NCBI RefSeq assembly: GCF_009914755.1
Contig: NC_060927.1
Direction: 5' to 3' (one strand)
Length of the DNA: 64,000 nt
Source of the DNA: the human T2T-CHM13v2.0 reference genome, Homo sapiens
Shown: one piece after another, positions 13,286 to 23,710 of the stretch
Layout of the letters: each line of letters opens with the position of its first letter
How positions within the stretch are numbered: the stretch's first letter is position 1
The notes under the pieces: generated by a model
The model's input: the letters and a program-made list of their open reading frames with translations, nothing else
Database searches by the model: none
Told to the model about the DNA's origin: nothing
Made by a program: the position numbers and the translations under genes

Positions 13286-13432
13286 TGGTGGTGGTGGTGA
13301 GGGGTGTTTGAGGGTGGGGCGGTCAGCTTCTATAGATCAGTAAATATCTCCAGATCTCATCCTGCTTAGTCAAGGCTTCTTTCCCTTCCATCTGCCTTTG
13401 CCAAGACACTGAAATGTAAAGCAATGGCATGT

Positions 13433-13760
13433 ATAGTTAGTCCTCTCTATTTGCAGATTTCACATATGTAGATTCAACCAACTATGGATTGAAAATATTT
13501 GGAAAGTAATTAGATCTTTAGTGAACATGTACAGGCTTTTTTTCTGTCATTATTCTCTAAACAATATGGTTTAACTGCAATTTACATAGCATTTACATTG
13601 TATTAAGTATTATGAGTAATCTAGAGATGATTTGAAGTATACGGGAGGATGTGTGTAGGTTATATGCCATTACTATGCCATTTTATATCTGAGACTTGAG
13701 CATCTGTAACTTTTGGTATATGGGGGAGGTCCTCAAACTAACTCCCTTCGAGGGACAATT
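13433..13760 (-). mobile_element. MER2 (TcMar-Tigger) non-autonomous DNA transposon
   Basis: tttacatagcatttacattgtatta, agtaatctagagatgatttgaagtatacgggaggatgtg, gacttgagcatc. Confidence 0.85.
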
Positions 13761-13829
13761 CTCCTGTTAGAGCTTTTCGATAACCTACAGTGGCCATAAA
13801 GATTTCTTGTGTGTATATCATGGGCTATA

Positions 13830-14460
13830 GAGTGTGTACTATGTGCAGGGCATGGGCACTGCATTACATGTGGAGGTAGAGAAGCAAAAAAGTCTCAATC
13901 AGTTCTTTTAATATTAAAACTCATAAAGCCAACTATTTGGTGGTGAAGACAGGAAAAAAACAAGTAAAGGAAGAAAATATAGTTTTTTATTGGTTCTATG
14001 AAGAAAAAGAACAAGGTATGGCAATAGAAAATGGTCTCTGTAAGGCAGAAACATTAAAAGTGGGATTTGACACATGAGGAGCAAGCCACACAAGGCTATG
14101 GAGGAGAGAATGTTTCAGACCATGAGGATGAAGCTAGAGGGAATGGAGAGTGAAAATGGAAGAGAGTAGTAAGAAATGAGGTTTGGTGTTTGGTTAGGAT
14201 ATTGGCAAGGCTTTGTGGGTTGTGACTAAGAGTGAGGATCTTATTCAGCTCCCATATGAAGACACTAAAAGTTTTGAAACTTCTCATATGTCACCACATA
14301 TGATTTGCATGTTTAAAAAGACTCTTCCAATTGCTTCATGGGAAATGGAGATTTGTGTCCAAGGGATGAGAGGAATACCAGCAGTTGCACTAGCCTAGGC
14401 TGTTGCAGTAATTTAGACAAACATTGCTGGTGGCTTGGCCTGGGGCAGAGATCGTGGAAA
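13830..14460 (-). mobile_element. L2 fragment
   Basis: tactatgtgcagg 3' end, tgatttgcatgtttaaaaagactcttc, gttgcagtaatttagac..ggtggcttgg. Confidence 0.6.
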
Positions 14461-14797
14461 TGCTAATCCTAAGAAACAAGAATGTGGCAACTTATCCTAC
14501 GTGGTCTGTTTTTCATGTCAAAATATACTCCAGCTTTTCCAACAAAACTGTCCTTCATGAACCTGTTTATTCCTTCAGCCAAAATAGGAATGTGTAGTTG
14601 GCACTGCATTACATGTGGAGGTAGAGAGGCAAAAAAGTCTCAATCAGTTATTTTAATATTAACATTCATATTCAAATGGGGGAAGATACAGACTTACAGT
14701 TTATAGTGGACTAACAAGGGCAGCTCTATAAGCTTAGGCAAAATGAATCAATTGCATGTAGAAGAGGATGATCTCCCATTAAGAAATGTTACTCTAC

Positions 14798-14799
<2 letters not shown>

Positions 14800-14841
<42 letters not shown>
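14800..14841. repeat. (TG)21 microsatellite
   Basis: Direct reading. Confidence 0.97.
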
Positions 14842-14842
<1 letters not shown>

Positions 14843-15707
14843 CAGAATTTTCCACTGAGGAGAGCACCTGGAAATCTTAAAACATCTAACATTCCAGGGA
14901 TGTTGGGATCTGTTGGTATGTAAATGGCCTCAGCCATCACCTCCTTCACTTCTTGCTCTTAGAATACAATTTGACATAACTGCTGACTAAAAGATTATAA
15001 GGCTGTACTTTATTATATAGTTACAGGAAAGAAGCAACACACTGAAATGTTTCATGGTGGAGACTCAATGAGAATGATCAGAATTTAGGATACTCTTTGC
15101 CAAGTTATGTCAATAGAAAGTTTATTTTATGAGAAAATGAAAGATGTGGAATCCAGTGATTTATCTCAACAAGTTGCTAGTTTATCAGAGAAAGAGAAAT
15201 CCCAAGAGAATAAGTAGCTATTAGTGAAATGGAACTTGTGTCTGACTTAGATGCAGTGTCCTCTTGTAGAGTGAGGACAAAGAACTGATTTTAGCCACCC
15301 ATTCTACACCTCCAAGATACCATGGACAGTCTCAACCCATGGGGCATCCTAATGCCTGGTAAGGGATCCTAGAGAATCATATGATTTGGGAAGCTGTCAC
15401 TTACCCCATATAATCCAGAGGACTGGAACCTAAAATATTTTTGAAGTGCTGGTAGCCAAAATCAGTTCTCTCATGAGCCCCCTACCATGCTCCCTGTCTT
15501 TGTCCGTTTCAGACTCATGTAATCGTGACCTAATTTTTTCCCTCTTGCTACTGAATTTACTGGAGAAAGAATTATTATTGATGCTAAATTAACAGGAGGC
15601 AATTAGCACGGGCTTTAGAAATGGCCAGATTTTTATTTGCATCCTAGCTTTACTACTTAGTAGCTGTGTAAGTTTGACCAAATGACTCAAACTCTGTCAG
15701 ACTCAGC

Positions 15708-16094
15708 TTTTTTTTTTTAATTAAAAAAAATTTTTTTGAGACAGGGTCCTGCTCTGTTGCCCAGGCTGGAGTGCAGTGGTATGATCATGGCTAACTGCAA
15801 CCTCAACCTCCCAGGTTCAAGCAGTCCTCTCATTTCATCCTCCTGAGTAGCTGGGACTACAGGCACATCACACCACGCCTGGTTAATGACATGATCTTAT
15901 ATATAGAAAATACTAAAGAATCCCAAAATAGAAAATATATATATTAGAATTAATAATTAATACATGAACTGAGCAAGGATGACAGATATATATTACAAAT
16001 TTTGAATTTCTTTGTAGTGACAGGGTCTCACTGTGTTGCCTAGGTTGGTCTTGAGCTCCTGGGCTCAAGTGATTCGTCTGCCTCAGCCTCCCAA
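15708..16094 (-). mobile_element. AluJ-like, 5'-truncated, carrying an L1 insert in its linker
   Basis: Poly-T, gagacagggtc..cccaggctggagtgcagtgg; left arm acagggtctcactgtgttgcc..ctcctgggctcaagtgat (J-type). Confidence 0.9.
15888..15997 (+). mobile_element. Internal L1M ORF2 (RT, after the F/YADD motif) fragment inside the Alu
   Basis: gacatgatcttatatatagaaaatactaaagaatcc = DMILYIEN.KES; attagaattaataa..tgaactgagcaagg. Confidence 0.75.
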
Positions 16095-16390
16095 CAGCTC
16101 CAGCTTTTCACATCAACAAAATGAGGATAACGATTATGGTTTTGGGAATATTGTGAGGTTTACACTAGATAATGAACGTGAAGTGCCTAGTTAGTCTGAT
16201 GCTTGGTACATGGTAACACCCAACACATATTAAAATAATGCAATCAGATTTGGCTTTTTCCTAGGCACAAGATATGGCATTCTGTACTCTATTGCACTCC
16301 ATCTCTCTGGACTTCTTGTCCTGTTTGGACTTCTCTCTTACATCTTGGCCCTTTTGAAATCTATTCTAATTATCCCACAACCCAAACTGT

Positions 16391-17125
16391 TATTTTGAAT
16401 CGTTTCAGACACAGAAAAAAGTTGCAAAATAAAGTAACCATCTGTACTCAGTGACGCTTGTAATCCCAGAACTAAAGTAGGCCTAGGCGGGCGGATCACA
16501 AGGTCAGGAGATTGAGAATATCCTGGCAGGAGAATGGCGTGAACCCGGGAGGTGGAGCTTGCAGTGAACCGAGTTCGCGCCGCTGCACTCCAGCCTGGGC
16601 AACAGAGCGAGACTCCGTCTTAAAAATAAAATAAAATAAAATAAAATAAAATAAAATAAAATAAAATAAAATAACCATCTGTATACCATCTAGATTCAAT
16701 AATTAATATTTCGCCATATTTGCTTTAATTTTCTGTATATTTCTGCTTTTTTGTCTAAGCATTTGATACAGACACCATGAGCATTCTCCCTAAATGTTTC
16801 ATTCAGCTTATATTTTCTAAGAATAAAAATATTCTCCTTCACCACTACAATAACATTATGACTCTTAGGAATATTAACACTAATTTCACATAATCACTTA
16901 ATATCCAACTCAGAATCAACATTTCTCAGCTGTCCCCAAATGTCTTTTATAGCTGCTGCTTTAGTCTTTAAAGCAGCATCTAATTAAGGTGCATACTTTG
17001 CATTTGGTTATATCTCTTTAATCTAGAACAGTTTTCCCACTTTTTTTCCATGACATTAATATTTTTTAGCACGCAGACTAGTTTTCTTGTAGAATGTCCT
17101 AACTTCTGAATTTATCTGATTAAAA
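16391..17125 (-). mobile_element. L1MC-like 3' UTR, interrupted by AluY
   Basis: ttcagacacagaaaaaagttgcaaaa, ttttctaagaataaaaatattctc, gtagaatgtcc..ctgaatttatctgatt. Confidence 0.65.
16447..16671 (+). mobile_element. AluY-like with internal deletion and (TAAAA)n tail; 12 bp TSD
   Basis: ggagaatggcgtgaacccgggag..gagcttgcagtg (Y-type); TSD taaccatctgta at 16435-16446 and 16672-16683. Confidence 0.9.
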
Positions 17126-17736
17126 CCCATTCCTCTGACTCAAACCCACATTTCTTACTCAGTGCCCCAATGTTTTTTTGAGTTGCCACCTTGTTGCTAT
17201 AATAGATGTTAATAACCTTGAAACCTTCTTCTAGCCTGCAAGAAAATCATCAATGGGTCTTCAATATTAGTATTTTTATATTAATTTGATTGAGGGAAGT
17301 TCCAAGGTGGAAAGTCAGGCTTGGAGAAGACACTGAGGAGAACTCTGTGCTCTTTCCACCAAGAGGACTGAAACCTGGGAGACAGCCCCCCTTGCCAAGC
17401 ATAAGGGAAATGCTGCCCTGGAGAAGGGCAGATGGCCAAAGTGACTTCTGGAAGGCCCTTATAGGTTACAGAGTCCACTGAGAGGTGGGCCCCTCAGCAA
17501 ATTGCTCCTGCAGCACTCACCAGACAGCAGAGAGTTTCTCCTTGTGGTGCCTTGACTGAGGGCTGCAGAATTTTCATAGGTCTAGAGAGGCTAGTTTGCA
17601 AAGGGTTCTAATTGAATCCCTTGTGGGACTTTCATAGTTTCTAGACCACATTAAAGTCATGATCCTTGCAGAAGCAGCTCAGGAAATTTGTCTGGCTAGA
17701 CATATTAAGTTTTGTTTCTGCCTCTTCCCTGTAGAC

Positions 17737-17954
17737 CAGCAATGTCTAATGGAACTTTCTGCAGTGATTGCAATCTTCCTTTCCTTTTGCTGTGCAGTCC
17801 AATATGGATCTAGTAGCCACATGGGACTACGAACACTTGAAATGGGCTAGTGTGACTGGGGAACTGATATTTACATTTAATTCAATTTTAAATAATTTTC
17901 TTTTAAATATAAATAGCTATGTGTGGCTAGTGGCTACTGTATTGAACAGCACTG
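17737..17954 (+). mobile_element. MER3 (hAT-Charlie) with 8 bp TSD
   Basis: TIR-like cagcaatgtctaat / attgaacagcactg; TSD ctgtagac 17729-17736 and ctgtagat 17955-17962. Confidence 0.85.
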
Positions 17955-18494
17955 CTGTAGATGGTGTTACCACTGAAACCTAATTTCCAGATTTGGAGAC
18001 AAGTGGCTACTTTGACTAGTTCCATTTTCTTTCTCTTCCCCCTCCTCATTGGTACTATAGGGAAACATACATTATTTTCAACTTCCCAGGTTCTATTTTC
18101 TCCTTTCCTAGAACAGCCACAGGATGTCTAGGAGCCAGCAGAGGGGCCAGATATGCTGCAGTTTATGCTGTAAAAGGAAGCCTGCCGCCGTGAGTGGTCC
18201 AGTGGGAGCTCTTGCTTTGTGTCCTCAGCCTTTCACCTTTCCATCTGATGACTTGCTCTGAATCTTCACTTCCTGGGCAGGTGAGCTGAGTCCTAGAAAG
18301 CACAGCTCACAGGAACTCTGCTTCAGAGTTGACAGAGATTTAATTTTCAGGACTAAATTTCTCTGAGAGAAGGTTAGCAACACTCTGGCTTTGTCTTAAT
18401 AAGCTGTAGTTTGTGATGCAATTGCTGGATAAGACATGAACCATATTAGAACAGAATGGCAATAAAAATCACCACAAAATGAGAAGGAGAGTAA

Positions 18495-18700
18495 CAATTA
18501 CATTTTATTATGTGTGAAGTGCTCGGCACTTGTGTATTTTACATATATTTAATCTTTATAATAACTAACATAATAAGTATTTTGACTTCTTATAGATGAG
18601 GAAACATGATGTTCAGAAAGGTATATGACTTGATCAAGAACCCACAACCAGGCAATGAGAGGAATATGAGGCAAAATCCAATCTACTTGATTCCACAGGT
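18495..18700 (-). mobile_element. MIR
   Basis: ttatagatgaggaaacatga..cagaaagg..tgacttgatcaag. Confidence 0.65.
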
Positions 18701-18812
18701 AGATTCCACAAGCACTTTCTAGGGCTTCTAATTGTGACAGTGATTTTCTACTTTGAATCTGCCCTACCTCCTTCTCTGTCTCCGTCTCTCTCTTCCTCAC
18801 ACACACACGGTC

Positions 18813-18818
<6 letters not shown>

Positions 18819-18852
<34 letters not shown>

Positions 18853-18855
18853 ACA
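18819..18855. repeat. (CA)n microsatellite
   Basis: Direct reading. Confidence 0.95.
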
Positions 18856-19093
18856 TTTGTGAATTTCCCAAGTACAAAAATTTACTCCTTCAATTTCCAA
18901 ACTCTTAAATGGAAAATAACTTATCTTGACAGAATTGCCAAATACATGTATTGACTTACCTTGTCCTACTAAAAAATTAATCCTTTCTTGATGCACATAA
19001 ATTATTATAGAACTGCAGTGTGATATATGCAAGTTTTAGTGAGACAAGTAGAACAGTTTGCCATACATGAACCAACTGCAGATCACTACAGTG

Positions 19094-19339
19094 TTTTTTT
19101 TAATATTGTGCTAAACTATACTTAACGTTCAATTTACCATTTTAACAATTAAGTGTACAGTTTAGTGGCATTAAGTACATACACATTGTTGTATAACCAT
19201 CTCTATTACCTATCTTCAGAACTTTATCCAGCATTCCAACTGAAATTCTGTACCCATTAAATAATAACTTCCCACTCTCCTTTCCCCCAGCTCCTGGTAA
19301 GTATGATTCTACTTTCTGTCTTTGTGAATTTGACTTCTA
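19094..19339 (-). mobile_element. L1MB-like 3' end
   Basis: aatttaccattttaac..aagtgtacagtttagtggcattaagtacat..ctgtacccattaaataataact. Confidence 0.85.
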
Positions 19340-19460
19340 CATACATGGGCTTGGAGCTTCTTAGTCTGCCATTTTGCTGATATTACTTCTGAAGTCACCA
19401 AGTTTTTAAGGCCAATGCACTTCTTGTCCACAAGTGGTAGAGGTAAAAGATGAATTTAGG

Positions 19461-19510
<50 letters not shown>
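19461..19510. repeat. (GT)n microsatellite, about 25 units with one GC interruption
   Basis: Direct reading. Confidence 0.97.
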
Positions 19511-19512
<2 letters not shown>

Positions 19513-20559
19513 TGCAGGAGGCAGGTGTGGGATCTATAAGGCAGACACAGTAAAACTGAAAATCCTTCATGGATTTAGTTCCTATTTTTCAAAGAACAAA
19601 GTAAGAGAATAGTTACCAACTACATATTCAAAATTACACTTTTCTTTCCCTCCTCCTGCCCTTCCTCCTTCCCCAAAAGGCAAGTTATGGTAGTCTCAAA
19701 GAGTAGAAACCCAGATAATTCAGGAGACAGATTTTTTTTTATTACTGGAGAAAATCAAGACTTGGTAATCATACTCATGAAATTTCCTATTTACTTCAGT
19801 GCCAATGGGGAACTGAATTTTGAAGACACCTGGGCATATTCAAATATCAACTGGTAGAACAAGCTGGGCTCTACTTTAACTCAGACTCACTAATTCGTTT
19901 GAATATTCTCTGACTTCTGTGTCCTCCCCTTCTCCCAAGAAATATAGAAGATTAAAAACCGAGTCTTATCCCTAAGATAAGAAGCTGAATTCATAAATTT
20001 TTGATTTGGTATATTATTTAATACTTCAGGATCTGATGCACTTTCAGTGAAAACAAGGCTTTTGTAATTTAGAGATACATGAAATTCTCATCACACAAGA
20101 AACGTTGATCCCTTTGAGTTATGCAGGGAGGAATAAATATCTAATTATTTTAACCTAATAATTGTCATTCCTTTTCATCTTCCAAAATGCTAGTCATTTC
20201 TCATTGTTTTCCCCCACCCCATTGGCTCTTTTAAAAAGTTATCCTTTTGAGTTCAGCAGGGATAAAAGAGGCTTAAAGATAAGAAATAACAGAAGTCCCT
20301 GCACTTCATGGGGATTACAAGTAGAATTAACATGGCTATATAAAATGAAGCCACAGCTCAGGGGTTGGGAATGACAAGGTTACTTATTCTCCTAAATCCT
20401 GGGCACCGGTTAAGTTGTTATTAATCACAGTGAATTCATGGCTGAGCCCAGGAAACTTCATTTGTAGCTGGCAAACTATTGGGCTTTTGAGTCTCTATCA
20501 AAGTATTCTTTCTAAAAGCAATATCTAAACATGGAAAAAATCTAGTTTTTGAAAACTGT

Positions 20560-22320
20560 CTAAAATGACGTTGTAAAAGTATCAATCTTCCCCCACCTCC
20601 ATCACCACACCCCAGAGATAAGTACCTTTTAAACATTTTCTTTCTTCATTCTTTTGGCACTTCCCATTAGAATTTTAAATGTTTTTATTTCTGCTTCTAT
20701 TTATTAAGCTATCAACTTTAGACAGCAACAGTCTACCTTATGCAATAAAAGATGAAGAGAGCCAGGCACAGTGGTGCATGCCTGCAGTCTCAGTTACTCA
20801 GGAGGCTGTGGCAAGAAATTGCTTGAGCCCGAGTTCAAGTCCAGCCTCAGCAACATAGCAGTAACATATTTCTAAAATTAAAAAAAAGAGATTTTAGAAT
20901 TTTTAAAATTACTTTACTGTATATAACTTATCTTTATACTTCAATGTTGCCAATTATATTATTTTAGTTCTTCTAGTAATTCCCTTTTTAACTGTAAAAG
21001 ATATATATTCATATTTGTATTTCTTGATTTACCAATGCTAGAGATTGTTAGAAGGTAGAATAAATACATATTTAATTGTTTCTATTTCTTCTCATTTCTT
21101 CACCTATTAATCTTTGTTGTTGTTTTCCTTTTTGTTTTTTATTCTTTTTTCAAATCAGAATTTCCACAAATATTCGTATTTATTTATTAATACCATATAT
21201 GTTGTCAAGGCTTATAACATTTATATTGTTCTCATTATACTTGTTTTTTTGTGTGTGTTTTGTCTGTAGGCTGATTTTCAAATTGAAGTTCTCCAAAATA
21301 GTATTTACAGTAGAGTCATGATTATGTGACTGTTACTCATTTTGAACCAAGTGAGCAACTCTTCCCACAAAGGAGGACTTTTAATTCTGTGTCATTAAAT
21401 CCTGCTACCTCCACTCCCAAAATAAATACTTTAGTGTGGAGACCCAGGAGGTTCTGTTTTGGAGCTTTTTTTTTTTTTAGTTTTCTGGGTACAATCCAAT
21501 GCTGCTGTTCCTTATAATTCACTTCATCTTCTTTTTACATTTTTTCCCCAGAGTACCCTCTTTGATGGGTTGTTTTTAAATACGATTATCTGATTTTAAT
21601 GCTTTATGAGAGCTTACATTCCTGAAAGGTATTTTGTCCAATATTTGTTTAATGGTTTGGCTGGGTATATATTTCAAGGTTGAAAAAACAAATGTGAAAA
21701 AAAATTGCTACATTATCTTTCAGTGTCCATTGTTTATGGTAAGAAATTTGATGTTAATTTGTGTTTCTCCAACTGTGGAAGCTTTTATAATTTTCTCTTT
21801 GTTCTAGGACTTCTGAAATTGCTGGAACATTTTTCCTCATTGATTTTGCTAGTCAATCTGAAAATACATTATTTTTTAACTACAAGAAAACTTTCTTCGA
21901 GCTTAGTCTTGGTATTTAATGCTATCTATTCTCAATCCAACTACTGAGTTTTTTTTTTTTTTTTTTTTTTGCAATAAAATGTTTATTTTTTTGAAAGTTT
22001 CTTTTTTCTGTTTGCTTCATTTCTCCAGAGGCCCATTTTTGGTTTTGGGAGAAAAAACTTTTTGTTCTTTCTGAAAATTACTTACTAGAATAATTTATAT
22101 TCTAATAATATTATATTCAGAATATTTTATTCTGAATATGGTTATTATTTTATTCTGAATATGCTTATTAGAATAATTTAAATGTTCTTTTCCTTGATCA
22201 ACTCTAATTTAGCTGGGATCAGATAATTCTTTTTTTCCACTTTAGGCTTCTTTTTTCATGCTGTAAATTTTCTTCAAATGTCTCAGGTCCTTGTGGTTCA
22301 GTTTAATGACTGACTGTAAC
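20560..22320 (-). mobile_element. Very old L1/HAL1-like element (T-rich, fragmented)
   Basis: gtttggctgggtatatatttcaaggttgaaaa, aagaaatttgatgttaattt, ttttcttcaaatgtct resemble reverse ORF1 of ancient L1/HAL1. Confidence 0.5.
20761..20887 (+). mobile_element. FLAM-type monomeric Alu
   Basis: gccaggcacagtggtgcatgcctg..gcttgagccc gagttcaagtccagcc..A tail; single arm. Confidence 0.85.
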
Positions 22321-22330
22321 AGATAATTTT

Positions 22331-22826
22331 TGTGACGTATGCCATGTTCTGTGATCTCCTTTTGGTTTTAGCTGCCACTCTGGTGGACATGACCCTGGCA
22401 CTGCCAATGACCTACCTCAATTGCTTGCTACTTCTCTCTACAGTTTTGCCTTCTGGGTTTGGAAACATGCTAAGTCTTACTCAGTTCATGGGCCAGAGAG
22501 CATGGACATATTCATTGGATGATGCCTCCAGGGACAACCCTACCCATGGTGGGACTGGCAGGGGGATCAATGGATAAATGCCTCCGCTTTCTGTTTTTCA
22601 GGGAAACAATTCTGGGTCATGTTCTATGAGGTTCCTAAAGGTTCCCAGCAGGATGGAGTCCTAGTGGCCTACAATGGCAATCCTCAAATAACACATCCTT
22701 TATTGAGTTTTCTTGTTCCTCTCTTTTCCTACTGTTGCTGTTCTTCATACCTGCTTCCTGGGATCACCTCCCATATAAATCATGTTCTTGTTTAAGTTTG
22801 ATTTTGTAGGTATCTAAACTAAGTCA
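22331..22826 (+). mobile_element. ERVL solo LTR, LTR33-like
   Basis: gggacaaccc, tggataaatg, cctgcttcctgggatcacctccca.ataaa, end ctaaactaagtca. Confidence 0.75.
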
Positions 22827-23569
22827 GGGTAATTAGGATATGTAGGAGGCTTGGAATAAGGAGTTTCTCTGGAACTCTGTAAATTTCCCTCTCCAACAAC
22901 CCTTTTCCTTGGATAGGAGAACTGACTTTGAGTTCTGTGTGTACCGTGGGGTGTTTTAACAAACAACTTCCCTGTAGAATGCCTAGATGTTTTCAGGTGT
23001 GTTTTTCTCTCTTCCATTTGCCCTGTCAATATCTTTTATCTATTTTCTATCTACTACAATTTCCTCTCATTTTCTAGTCCATGAATGGCACCTTTTTTAT
23101 TCGCTTAAATAGACCATGTATTAGGTAAACATACATATGCTGGGTCTATCATCTTGAACAATTTCTCTTATTTTAGATGATGAAATTATAACTGACTTAA
23201 ATGACTTCTTTAGTCACATAGACATGGAGCCTCAGAATCTAGTAAAACTAACTTCTTCAGATTCTAAATCTTGTGTCTTTCTGTTTCATAATTTTGCTTA
23301 GAGCTCTGAGTATAGATGAGGCAAACTTCACATGGAAAAGAAGCCATATTTTGAAAAAACTACACGGAATCAAAGAGAACTAACTCAAAGAAGCAAAATT
23401 TTGGAGATAAAACAAGGTATCTGATAGCAGTAGTGATCTCAGGGTGGATGACCCCCTACTGTTGCTCCTTCTTTTAAATAAAACTCTTACTTGCAGGAGA
23501 CATACTGAATGTATTTGACCTTGGTGGCAGCTGGAATTCAAAAATCCTGGGTTGTGTTAGTTGACTAAG

Positions 23570-23710
23570 ACAACATTGTAGTACTGGTAGAGAATTCTAA
23601 AATCAGAAGAGCTTCAATCTCTTCTAATCTAATTGACTATGGAGATTCAGGCAAGTTATTCTGCCTCTGAGCCAGATTTAATTTCCTTATCTATAATGTA
23701 AGGAGAAAAT
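23570..23710 (+). mobile_element. MIR fragment
   Basis: ggcaagttattctgcctctgagcc..tttccttatctataatg. Confidence 0.55.

Larger units (their letters stand above)
15610..16232 (+). mobile_element. MIR split by an Alu (halves 15610-15707 and 16096-16232)
   Basis: atcctagctttactacttagtagctgtgt..actcagc then catcaacaaaatgaggataa..ttgtgagg; cagctttt repeated at 15704 and 16101. Confidence 0.75.
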
